Shown here: positions 46,463 through 54,697 of the stretch, piece by piece
How the letters are laid out: each line of letters begins with the position of its first letter
Position numbering within the stretch: position 1 is the stretch's first letter
Source: Acidobacteriota bacterium
GTDB lineage: Bacteria > Acidobacteriota > Terriglobia > Bryobacterales > Bryobacteraceae
DNA: 64,000 bases
Direction: 5' to 3'
Assembly: GCA_050261515.1 (NCBI GenBank)
Contig: JBLNDJ010000024.1
Span: 5,849-69,848 of the forward strand
The notes under the pieces: generated by a model
Seen by the model: only the letters and a program-made list of their open reading frames with translations
Database searches by the model: none
What the model was told of the DNA's origin: nothing
Program-made: the position numbers and the translations under genes

Positions 46463-47700
46463 TGGCCGCGGCGGTAGACGTATTCACGTCACGGCGCGCG
46501 GGACTGCCCGGCGGTCCTCAGATTCAGCGGTTGCGGGATCTCGCGCTCGAGCGGTTCGGAGCGCTCGGGTTCCCCACTACGCATAACGAAGCCTGGCGGT
46601 ACACCAACCTCGCGCCGCACCTGAAAACGGACTTTGCGGCTCCCACCGAGTTCGACGCCGTGCCGGAGCCGCTCACGGCCGATCACTACCGGCTCGCCTT
46701 CGTCAACGGGCGTTTTGCGCCAGAGCACTCCGTGCTGCCGCAGGCGCGCGGGTTGCGCGTCGGGAGCGTGCTCGAGGGCGGCGCGATCGGATCGGAGGCC
46801 GCGTTCGACGATAACGCGCTGGTGGCGCTGAATACCGCGTTGTTTGAAGACGGCGCGCTCGTCGAGATCACCGACGGCGCGGTGATCGACAAGCCCATCG
46901 AGCTGTACTTTCTCAGCTCGGGCCCGGTGGCGACGTTCCCGCGCAACCTGATCGTTGCGGGGCGCGACAGCCAGGCGCAGATTGTCGAGATCTATGCGGG
47001 CGGCGACGGCTTCACGAATGCCGTAACCGAGTTCGCCGCGGCCGAAGGCTCCGTGATCGAGCATTACAAATACCAGCAAGAGGGCCCGGCCACGCTGCAC
47101 TTCGGAATGCTCGCCGTACGGCAGGCGAACAGCACGAACTTCACTTCGCACAACCTGGCGCTCGGGGCGGCGCTGGCGCGCAACGAAATCGCGGTGGTGC
47201 TCGACGGCGAGGGCGCCGAGTGCACGCTCAACGGCCTTTACGTGACCGACGGCCGCCAGCACGTGGACAACTACACGACCCTCGACCACGCCAGGCCGCA
47301 CTCGGCGAGCCACGAACTTTACAAAGGCGTGCTCGACGGCAGTTCGCACGCCGTTTTCCACGGCCGCATCATCGTGCGCCCGGAAGCGCAGAAGACGGAC
47401 GCCATCCAGCGCAACCGCAACCTGCTGCTCTCGAAATCGGCCGTGATCGACACCAAGCCGCAGCTTGAGATCTACGCCGACGACGTGAAGTGCACGCACG
47501 GGGCAACCGTCGGGCAGGTGGATGCGGATGCCGTGTTCTACCTGCGGTCGCGCGGCATCCCGGATGCCGAGGCGCGCGCGCTGCTCACCTACGCTTTTAC
47601 CGCGGACGTCGTCGAGAAGATCAAAATCGAATCGATCCGGACAGCCCTGCGCGGCGAGTTATTCCGCCGCCTGGCGGGGCGCGACGCGAGCCAGCTATGA
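46462..47700 (+). CDS. sufD: Fe-S cluster assembly protein SufD, 412 aa
   Basis: The ATG overlaps the sufC stop. C-terminal SufB/D fold motifs (LEIYADDVKCTHGATVGQVD, FYLRSRGI). Confidence 0.9.
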   Translation: MAAAVDVFTSRRAGLPGGPQIQRLRDLALERFGALGFPTTHNEAWRYTNLAPHLKTDFAAPTEFDAVPEPLTADHYRLAFVNGRFAPEHSVLPQARGLRVGSVLEGGAIGSEAAFDDNALVALNTALFEDGALVEITDGAVIDKPIELYFLSSGPVATFPRNLIVAGRDSQAQIVEIYAGGDGFTNAVTEFAAAEGSVIEHYKYQQEGPATLHFGMLAVRQANSTNFTSHNLALGAALARNEIAVVLDGEGAECTLNGLYVTDGRQHVDNYTTLDHARPHSASHELYKGVLDGSSHAVFHGRIIVRPEAQKTDAIQRNRNLLLSKSAVIDTKPQLEIYADDVKCTHGATVGQVDADAVFYLRSRGIPDAEARALLTYAFTADVVEKIKIESIRTALRGELFRRLAGRDASQL

Positions 47701-48914
47701 CCGGATCCATCGCCCTTCGAGAAGATTTTCCGGTCCTCCGGCAGCAGGCCTACGGCAGGCCGCTCGTCTATCTGGACAACGCCGCCACGACGCAGAAGCC
47801 GCAGGCGGTGATCGACGCGATCATGCGGTATTACACGCACGACAACGCGAACGTGCACCGCGGTGTGCACCTGCTGAGCGAGCGGGCGACCGACCAGTAC
47901 GAAAGCGCGCGCGCCGCGGTGCAGCGGTTTCTGAACGCAAGGCGCGAGACCGAGATCGTGTACACGCGCGGGACCACGGAGTCGATCAACCTGGTGGCGC
48001 AGAGCTGGGGACGGGCGAACGTCGGGGCCGGCGACGAGATTCTGATTTCGGAGCTGGAGCACCATTCGAACATCGTGCCGTGGCAGATGCTGGCCGCCGA
48101 AAAGCAGGCGACGCTGCGTGTGGCTCCGATCGACGACCGGGGCGAGATCGTGCTCGAGGAGTACGAGCGGCTGCTCAGCCCCCGGACGAAGATCGTCGCG
48201 CTCGCGCATGTTTCAAATGCGCTCGGCACGGTCAACCCGGTGCGGGAAATGATCGCTATGGCGCACGGCCAGGGCGCGCGTGTGCTCATCGACGGCGCAC
48301 AGGCCGCGCCGCACATGAAGGTGGATGTGCGCGCGCTCGACTGCGATTTCTACGCGTTCTCGGGCCACAAGATCTATGGGCCGACGGGGATCGGCATCCT
48401 GTACGGCAAAGCCGAGCTGCTCGAAGCGATGCCGCCGTGGCAGGGCGGCGGCGACATGATCCGATCGGTCACGTTTGCCAGGACCACGTACAACGACTTG
48501 CCCTACAAGTTCGAGGCGGGGACGCCCAATATCGCGGGCGCCATCGGCCTGGGCGCGGCGATCGAATATGTGAACGGCATCGGCCTGGACAACATCGCCG
48601 CCTGGGAGCACGAATTGCTGGTTTACGGGACCGAGGCGATCGGAGCGATCGACGGCGTGCGGCTGGTGGGCAACGCGCGCGTGAAGGCCGCCGTGTTATC
48701 GTTCACGATCGACGGCGTGCATCCGCACGATGTGGCGACGATCCTCGACCGCCGGGGCATCGCGATCCGCGCCGGGCACCACTGCGCGCAGCCGGTGATG
48801 GAGCGCTACGGCCTGGCCGCGACGAGCCGCGCATCCCTCGCGTTTTACAATACGAAAGAGGAGCTCGACGCGCTCGCCGAGGGCGTCGAGTCCGTCAAGG
48901 AGGTCTTCGAGTGA
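47697..48914 (+). CDS. sufS: Cysteine desulfurase SufS (group II), 405 aa
   Basis: ATGA overlap with sufD. VYLDNAATTQKP, HHSNIVPWQ, FSGHKIYGPTGIGILYG, AIRAGHHCAQP. Confidence 0.95.
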   Translation: MTGSIALREDFPVLRQQAYGRPLVYLDNAATTQKPQAVIDAIMRYYTHDNANVHRGVHLLSERATDQYESARAAVQRFLNARRETEIVYTRGTTESINLVAQSWGRANVGAGDEILISELEHHSNIVPWQMLAAEKQATLRVAPIDDRGEIVLEEYERLLSPRTKIVALAHVSNALGTVNPVREMIAMAHGQGARVLIDGAQAAPHMKVDVRALDCDFYAFSGHKIYGPTGIGILYGKAELLEAMPPWQGGGDMIRSVTFARTTYNDLPYKFEAGTPNIAGAIGLGAAIEYVNGIGLDNIAAWEHELLVYGTEAIGAIDGVRLVGNARVKAAVLSFTIDGVHPHDVATILDRRGIAIRAGHHCAQPVMERYGLAATSRASLAFYNTKEELDALAEGVESVKEVFE

Positions 48915-49366
48915 GCTCCGAGCTGAGCGACCTGTACCAGCAGGTGATCGTGGACCACAGCAAGCGGCCCCGCAATTTTCGCGTAGTCGAGGGCGCGAAC
49001 CGCAAGGTGGAGGGGGTCAATCCGCTGTGCGGCGACAAGGTCACCATCTTCGTGCGCCTGGAAGACGACGTGGTCAAAGACGTGAGCTTTCAGGGCTCGG
49101 GATGCGCGATTTCGACCGCGTCGGCCTCGCTGCTCACCGAGGCGCTCAAGGGAAAGACGCTCGCCGAGGCCGAGGCGCTGTTCGAGAGTTTCCACGACCT
49201 GGTGACGGGCCTCGCGCCCGCGCACACCGAACCGGGCAATCTGGGCAAGCTCGTGGCGTTCTCGGGCGTCTGCGATTACCCCACGCGCGTGAAGTGCGCG
49301 ACGCTCGCCTGGCACACGCTGCGTGCGGCGCTCAAGGGCGAGGCGGAGAAGGTGAGCACCGAGTAA
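48911..49366 (+). CDS. sufU: SUF-system NifU/IscU-type sulfur-transfer/scaffold protein SufU, 151 aa
   Basis: GTG start overlapping the sufS stop (GTGA). LYQQVIVDHSKRPRN, NPLCGDKV, FQGSGCAIS, CATLAW. Confidence 0.85.
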   Translation: MSSELSDLYQQVIVDHSKRPRNFRVVEGANRKVEGVNPLCGDKVTIFVRLEDDVVKDVSFQGSGCAISTASASLLTEALKGKTLAEAEALFESFHDLVTGLAPAHTEPGNLGKLVAFSGVCDYPTRVKCATLAWHTLRAALKGEAEKVSTE

Positions 49367-49369
49367 GCC

Positions 49370-49675
49370 GTGAAAGACTTAAAAGACCGCGTCATCGCCG
49401 CGCTGAAGACCTGCTACGACCCGGAGATTCCGGTCGATATCTACGAACTCGGGCTGATTTACGGGCTCGATATCGACGAGGCTGGCAACGTGAGCGTAAG
49501 GATGACGCTCACCGCGCCGGCCTGCCCGGTGGCGGGCACGCTCCCCGGCGAAGTGCAGAGAAAGGTGCAGGCCGTCGAGGGAGTGAAGGAAGCGCGAGTC
49601 GAGCTGGTGTGGGACCCGCCATGGAACCGCGACCGGATGTCGCAGGCGGCGCTCATCCAGCTAGGCATGTATTAG
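49370..49675 (+). CDS. DUF59 (SufT/PaaD-like) Fe-S assembly protein, 101 aa
   Basis: CYDPEIPVDIYELGLIY...MTLTAPACPVAG is the DUF59 signature. GTG start 3 nt after the sufU stop. Confidence 0.85.
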   Translation: MKDLKDRVIAALKTCYDPEIPVDIYELGLIYGLDIDEAGNVSVRMTLTAPACPVAGTLPGEVQRKVQAVEGVKEARVELVWDPPWNRDRMSQAALIQLGMY

Positions 49676-49678
49676 CCC

Positions 49679-50233
49679 ATGAAGATTTCCGCCCAGGAAG
49701 AATACGGCGTCCGGTGCCTGCTGCAAATCGGCAGGCGCGGGAGAGACGTAAGCCTGACGATCCCCGAAATCAGCCGCGCGGAAGGAATTTCGAGCCACTA
49801 CGTGGCGAAGCTTCTGCGCGTGCTGCGCCGCGGCGGGCTCGTGAAGAGCGCCCGCGGACAGGCGGGCGGCTACACGCTCGCCCGCCCGCTCGATGAGATC
49901 ACCGTGAGCGAGGCGCTCGAGGTGCTCGGCGGCCGCCTGTACAATCCGGAGTTCTGCGACTCGCACGGCGGGGCCGAGCCGGTTTGCGCGCACTCGATCG
50001 AGTGCACGATCCGCTCGCTCTGGCGTTCCGTGCAGCAGGCCGTGGACCAGGTGCTGGGCAAGACCACGCTTCAGGAACTGCTTCCGCCGGACACGCCGGC
50101 GCCGCTAATGGACATACGGCCGGCACCGCCCCGGGAATCCGTCCTCGCGAAAACCAGGCGGGCTGAGACTCCCCCGCAGGCCGAGGGCCTGCCCCACAAC
50201 CTCGCGCTCGGGATCACAAAGCCGCTACAGTAG
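49679..50233 (+). CDS. Rrf2-family regulator with three clustered Cys (probable Fe-S sensing, IscR/SufR-analogue) and a tail of about 45 aa, 184 aa
   Basis: Rrf2 wHTH (IPEISRAEGISSHYVAKLLRVLRRGGLVKSARGQAGGYTLARP), then FCDSHGGAEPVCAHSIECTIRS (C-x9-C-x5-C). Confidence 0.8.
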   Translation: MKISAQEEYGVRCLLQIGRRGRDVSLTIPEISRAEGISSHYVAKLLRVLRRGGLVKSARGQAGGYTLARPLDEITVSEALEVLGGRLYNPEFCDSHGGAEPVCAHSIECTIRSLWRSVQQAVDQVLGKTTLQELLPPDTPAPLMDIRPAPPRESVLAKTRRAETPPQAEGLPHNLALGITKPLQ

Positions 50234-50245
50234 ATATTTAAATCA

Positions 50246-51913
50246 ATGCCGGACCAAAAGCTCCAGATTATTCCTCTGGGCGGGTTGGGCGAGTTCGGGA
50301 TGAATTCGCTCGCACTCCGCTACGGAGACGACATTATTCTCATCGATGCCGGCATGATGTTCCCCGAGGAAGAACTCCTCGGCGTGGACATCGTCACGCC
50401 CGACTTCGCTTATCTCGAACAGAACCGCGAGCACCTGCGGGCCGTCGTCGTCACGCACGGCCACGAGGACCATATCGGCGCGGTGCCGTTCCTGCTCTCG
50501 CAACTGAATGTGCCGCTTTATGCGACGGCGTTCACGCTCGCGCTGATCGAGCGACGCCTGGAAGAGCACGACCTGCTCAACAGCGTGAAGCTCAACGCCG
50601 TCAAGCCGGGGGAGAAGCTCGAAATCGGGCCGTTCCGCATCGAATTCATTCACGTCACGCACTCGATCGTCGACGCGGTGGCGCTGGCCATCACGACGCC
50701 GCTCGGAGTGGTGATCCACACGGGCGATTTCAAAGTCGACCCGACCCCGACCGACAACGAACTGTTCGACCTGCACACGCTAGCCCACTACGGCAAACGC
50801 GGCGTGCTGCTGCTGATGTCGGACTCGACCAACTCCGACCGCCCCGGCTATACCGAGAGCGAGCGGGCCGTGCGGCCGCGCCTCGAGGAGATCGTCACGC
50901 GGGCGGACCGCCGCGTGATTATTTCCTGTTTCAGCTCCTCGATCCACCGCATGCAGCAGATCCTCGATGTGGCGGCGGAGAGCGGCCGCAAGGTGGCGTT
51001 CCTCGGCCGCAGCATGATGAGCACCACCGAGATCGCGCACGCTCAGGGCCTGCTCGACATCCCGAACGGCCTGCTGGTGCGCCCGCAGGACATCATGGAC
51101 GTGCAGCCGTCGAAGCTGCTGGCCGTGGTCTCGGGAAGCCAGGGCGAACCGATGTCGGCGCTCTCGCGCGTCGCGGTGGGGAATCATAAGCAGCTTTCGA
51201 TCGATCGCGGCGACACGGTCGTGCTCAGCTCGCGCATCATCCCGGGCAACGAGAAGGCGATTTACCGGATGATGAACCACTTCGCCAAGCGCGGCGCGGA
51301 CGTCATCTACGGCGGCACGAACCCGCCGCTGCACGTTTCCGGGCACGCGAGCGCCGAAGAGCTGAAGCTGATACTGAACCTCGTGAGGCCGAAGTATTTC
51401 ATGCCGGTCCACGGCGAGTACCGGCAGCTCGCGAAACACGCGCAGCTCGCCGAGCACCTGCGCCATTCGGGCCTCGAAGACACGTTCATTCTGGAGAGCG
51501 GCGACGTTCTCGAGATGGACAACCACGGCGCGCGCAAGGCGGGCCGCGTGCCGGTAGGCCGCATCTGCATCGACTCAGGGGCGCTCGACGACATCGTCGA
51601 GGATCTTGTGATCCGCGACCGCAAGCACCTTTCGGAAGAGGGATTCATGCTGCCGATCATCACGATCGACAAGCACACGGGGAGAGCCGAGGGCCTGCCG
51701 GAGATCGTGAGCCGCGGATTCATCAGCGAGGACGGCTCGGATCTGCTTCAGCACGCGCGGGAGATCGTGGCGAAGACGCTGGCGACTTCGACCGACACCG
51801 AGCGCACGGATTGGGGCGTCATGAAGGAGAAGATCCGGAGCGATTTGCGGCGGTTCCTCATCAAGCAGACCTCACGGCACCCGCTGATCATGCCGGTGAT
51901 CCTGGAAGTATAG
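50246..51913 (+). CDS. rnj: Ribonuclease J, 555 aa
   Basis: Metallo-beta-lactamase/beta-CASP pattern: LQIIPLGGLGEFGMN, THGHEDHIGAVPFL, HVSGHASAEEL. It starts 12 nt after the Rrf2 stop. Confidence 0.9.
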   Translation: MPDQKLQIIPLGGLGEFGMNSLALRYGDDIILIDAGMMFPEEELLGVDIVTPDFAYLEQNREHLRAVVVTHGHEDHIGAVPFLLSQLNVPLYATAFTLALIERRLEEHDLLNSVKLNAVKPGEKLEIGPFRIEFIHVTHSIVDAVALAITTPLGVVIHTGDFKVDPTPTDNELFDLHTLAHYGKRGVLLLMSDSTNSDRPGYTESERAVRPRLEEIVTRADRRVIISCFSSSIHRMQQILDVAAESGRKVAFLGRSMMSTTEIAHAQGLLDIPNGLLVRPQDIMDVQPSKLLAVVSGSQGEPMSALSRVAVGNHKQLSIDRGDTVVLSSRIIPGNEKAIYRMMNHFAKRGADVIYGGTNPPLHVSGHASAEELKLILNLVRPKYFMPVHGEYRQLAKHAQLAEHLRHSGLEDTFILESGDVLEMDNHGARKAGRVPVGRICIDSGALDDIVEDLVIRDRKHLSEEGFMLPIITIDKHTGRAEGLPEIVSRGFISEDGSDLLQHAREIVAKTLATSTDTERTDWGVMKEKIRSDLRRFLIKQTSRHPLIMPVILEV

Positions 51914-51924
51914 GCGAGACAATT

Positions 51925-51999
51925 ATCGGCGTTTATCTGCGTTCATCTGCGGCCAATATTGTATTTTTTAGCCGCCGATGAACGCAGATGAACCCCGAT
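51925..51999. repeat. Long imperfect hairpin (29-nt arms, 3 mismatches, 17-nt AT-rich loop) built of TCTGCG units; family A copy 2
   Basis: Arms are atcggcgtttatctgcgttcatctgcggc (51925-51953) and gccgccgatgaacgcagatgaaccccgat (51971-51999). It begins 12 nt after the rnj stop. Confidence 0.9.
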
Positions 52000-52126
52000 C
52001 GAAAACTGCTAAGATCTGCTTGTGTCTGGCTGGACGAAGGCTCGCGGCGTAAATCAAGCTCTGCCCCACGGCAAGTGTTCATCGCCGACCTCCGGGAGAC
52101 TGAGGCCTAATCTCAAGCCGTGGTTG

Positions 52127-52156
52127 TTGCACCCGGAGACTCCGCCGCCGTATAGT
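52127..52156 (+). promoter_or_regulatory. Weak candidate promoter TTGCAC-18 nt-TATAGT upstream of the small secreted protein gene
   Basis: TATAGT at 52151-52156 and TTGCAC at 52127-52132. GGAGG RBS at 52175-52179, 5 nt before the ATG at 52185. By eye only. Confidence 0.25.
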
Positions 52157-52184
52157 GGACTCGACTGCTTCAGAGGAGGTATCG

Positions 52185-52481
52185 ATGCGGCGAGTTCTGG
52201 TGGCTTCCGTGTTTGCGCTTTCATGGAGCGCCTTTGCCGGACAGTTGACCGGCGTCATCACTTGCGGCAAGTGCAAGAACACCAAGGCGGCGGCGGCCGA
52301 TTGCGCCAAGGCGTGCATCAAGAGCGGCGTCCCTGCCATATTTGTGGCGAGCGACGGCAAGACCTACAAGATCGCAAACCCCGATAAAATCGGCGACGCG
52401 ATCAACGAGCAGGTCACCGTCACCGGCAACGTGAAGGGCGACACGATCACGATCGAGTCCGTCGCGGCGGCCAAGGCCTAA
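52185..52481 (+). CDS. Small secreted Cys-containing protein (CxxC...CxxxC), 98 aa
   Basis: ATG at 52185 with a strong GGAGG RBS. Signal peptide MRRVLVASVFALSWSAFA. The mature part has CGKC and CAKAC, followed by a beta-rich tail (VTVTGNVKGDTITIESV). Confidence 0.65.
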   Translation: MRRVLVASVFALSWSAFAGQLTGVITCGKCKNTKAAAADCAKACIKSGVPAIFVASDGKTYKIANPDKIGDAINEQVTVTGNVKGDTITIESVAAAKA

Positions 52482-52493
52482 AGCGGGTTTATC

Positions 52494-52545
52494 AAAAAGG
52501 GGCGAGAACCTTTTCCTCCGGGAAAAGGCGTCTGTCCCCTTTTTT
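52494..52545. repeat. Hairpin carrying the AAAGGCGTCTGTCCCCTTTT motif; family B copy 2, bidirectional terminator between convergent genes
   Basis: Arms are aaaaaggggcgagaaccttttcc (52494-52516) and ggaaaaggcgtctgtcccctttttt (52521-52545), with an internal mismatch bubble. The 20-mer aaaggcgtctgtcccctttt matches the reverse complement of 32489-32508 at 19 of 20 positions. Confidence 0.8.
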
Positions 52546-53638
52546 ATGCGAGCTTGCCGCGGCCTTCCACCGCCCACACCTGTTCGACTACCTCCCCGCG
52601 CACGCCGTACACCTTCTCATGAAGGTTCACGGCCGTGCAGATGTGGTTCGGGATCATCCTCACGCGCTCTCCCACCTCGAAATTGCGCCCCGCCTGGCGC
52701 ACGTCGATGTAGCCGTGCTCCTCGTTCATGCGCGTGAAGACCGCGCCGGGCGCCTCCACCAGATAGCCGAAGCTCACTTCGGGGATTGGCGAGAGGCGGT
52801 CCGATGAAAAGGTTTTCGAGCCGCCGTCGATGATGATCTGGCCCGGGCGCGCGGTCGAAACGACGGTCGCCAGGATCGAAGCCGCGCAGTCTTCGTAGCC
52901 GCAGGCGCCCGAAAGCACCGTGTTCTTGTCGTTGAAGATGTAGGTGCCGGGGCGGATCTCGTTCATTCCCTCCACACGGTGCGATTCAAACAGCGCAGGG
53001 GTCGAGCCGCCGCTCACGACCTTGGGCTCGAAGCCCGCCGCGCGCACTTCGCCCAGCATACGGCCGACGAGCGCGGACAACTCGCCGATCGCTCGCTGTC
53101 CCTCGCCGTCGAGCTTCTTTATGTGGCCGGAATAAAACGTGATGCCCTCGAAGCTCAGGCCGGGCAGGCGCGCTACGCCGCGGATCAGGTCGATCAGCTC
53201 CGGGCCCGGCGTAACGCCGACGCGTCCGAGCCCCACGTCCGCCTCGGCCAGCACGCCGATGGTGAGTTGCGCCGCGCTCGCAGCCTGCGAAAGCTCGCGC
53301 GCGGCGGCGAGGCTGTCGAGCGCCACGGTCACGCGCGCCTGCTTCGCCACGGCCATGAGCCGTTCGAGCTTCCGAGCGCCGATCACGGGATAGGCGACGA
53401 GCAGGTCCGGCGTGCCGGAGCGCAGCATCACCTCCGCCTCGCCGGTCTTGGCCACGGTGAGGCCGGCCGCGCCGAGCTCGATCTGCCTGCGCCCGAGCGC
53501 CGGAATCTTGTGCGTCTTGGTGTGCGGCCTCAACCGCAGGCCGTGCTCGCGCGCGTAGGCGGCTGCGCGGCAGAGGTTCCGCTCCATGATGTCGAGATCG
53601 ACCAGGAGCGCCGGCGTGTCGAGATCGGCGATTCGCAT
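52544..53638 (-). CDS. PLP-dependent D-threonine aldolase / D-serine dehydratase-like enzyme (alanine racemase N-terminal fold, DSD1 family), 364 aa
   Basis: DTPALLVDLDIMERNL...LRPHTKTHKIPAL (PLP Lys motif) and a C-terminal HGY...IPNHIC segment typical of the family. Confidence 0.75.
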   Translation of the reverse strand: MRIADLDTPALLVDLDIMERNLCRAAAYAREHGLRLRPHTKTHKIPALGRRQIELGAAGLTVAKTGEAEVMLRSGTPDLLVAYPVIGARKLERLMAVAKQARVTVALDSLAAARELSQAASAAQLTIGVLAEADVGLGRVGVTPGPELIDLIRGVARLPGLSFEGITFYSGHIKKLDGEGQRAIGELSALVGRMLGEVRAAGFEPKVVSGGSTPALFESHRVEGMNEIRPGTYIFNDKNTVLSGACGYEDCAASILATVVSTARPGQIIIDGGSKTFSSDRLSPIPEVSFGYLVEAPGAVFTRMNEEHGYIDVRQAGRNFEVGERVRMIPNHICTAVNLHEKVYGVRGEVVEQVWAVEGRGKLA

Positions 53639-53641
53639 GGG

Positions 53642-54304
53642 TTATTTGAATGTGAGCTGAAGCTTCCCGGCGGGGGTGGCGTATTGCAGCACCAGGTCCT
53701 TCGGCTTGTGCTTGCCTTCGAGCGAGAAATAGAGCAGGCCCGAGACGGGCTCGCCTGTCTTCTTCTCCGGCAGGATCTTCTCCTTGAGTACGGCGAGCAC
53801 CGGATCGTCCTTCTGCGGGCCGCCGCCGGTGGAAACGCGCGCCTGCGCGCTGCTGGTGTCGGCGGTGGTGCTGCCGAAGCCGCCGTCCTGGCCGGGCAGG
53901 CGGGACGGAGGCCCGCCCATACCGGGGCCGGGTCCCCAGACCGGGCCGCCCTGTTCGCGGCCGAAGCCCCCTCCGCCTCCAGCCGAGCCGAGGACGAGCG
54001 CGCCGCGTCCGGCGATCTGCGTCGGCGCGAAGGGCTGCGACTTCTGCCCGTCTTTGTAGCTGCGAAGGAGGAAGTCGTCGCGGAGAATGTTGAGCGGCTT
54101 GTCGCCCCGCGGGGAGAGATCCACTTTGACGACGATGAAGTAGCCGCCGAGGTCCGAGCCGAGTTGCCCGCGCACCTCGTCCCTGGTGGTGTAGAGGGTC
54201 GCGGTGAGCGCGACCGCGCCATTGGCGGCCTGTGCGGTGGCGGGACCCTTATCAGCCGCGCACGCGAGCACGGCGGCCAGCAACAGAAGCGGAATACTAC
54301 GCAT
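53642..54304 (-). CDS. Putative lipoprotein with a central Gly-rich disordered insert, 220 aa
   Basis: MRSIPLLLLAAVLACAADKG (lipobox-like VLAC). Beta-rich N- and C-terminal parts are separated by GSAGGGGGFGREQGGPVWGPGPGMGGPPSRLPGQDGGFGS. I recognise no family. Confidence 0.55.
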   Translation of the reverse strand: MRSIPLLLLAAVLACAADKGPATAQAANGAVALTATLYTTRDEVRGQLGSDLGGYFIVVKVDLSPRGDKPLNILRDDFLLRSYKDGQKSQPFAPTQIAGRGALVLGSAGGGGGFGREQGGPVWGPGPGMGGPPSRLPGQDGGFGSTTADTSSAQARVSTGGGPQKDDPVLAVLKEKILPEKKTGEPVSGLLYFSLEGKHKPKDLVLQYATPAGKLQLTFK

Positions 54305-54330
54305 AGTGCGCCCCGCTCAATTATATCGGT

Positions 54331-54576
54331 TCAGATGCCGAAGCCGCCGCGCAGCCGCAGCATGCCGATGACGAGCGCGATGGCGTTGCTCAAGAGCGCC
54401 ACGATCGCCTCGCCGTTGCCGCGTCGCCGGAGCGCGACGAGCGCCGCCAGGCTTGCCAGGATGCCGAAGGCGGCGAAGGGAACGGTGAACCAGTTGAGGC
54501 CGCGGAACACCGGCGTCAGACCGATCACCATGGCGATGAACGCCAGCGCCCCCCAAACCAGCGTTGCCAGTTGCAT
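54331..54576 (-). CDS. Small membrane protein with 3 predicted TM segments, 81 aa
   Basis: Hydrophobic throughout (LVWGALAFIAMVIGL, WFTVPFAAFGILASLAALVAL, IVALLSNAIALVIGML). It is on the same strand as the two downstream genes. Coding status rests only on ORF and hydrophobicity. Confidence 0.45.
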   Translation of the reverse strand: MQLATLVWGALAFIAMVIGLTPVFRGLNWFTVPFAAFGILASLAALVALRRRGNGEAIVALLSNAIALVIGMLRLRGGFGI

Positions 54577-54697
54577 GCGCCTTTAGTATAGCCGCGCCGC
54601 TGAGGGTGCACGATCCCCGCATCAGACCATGTGCCACTCCCGTTTCGACGGTCTAAGAGAGTTGGAAAACTTTTAGTACCCTTTCCCCTTCACGCAC

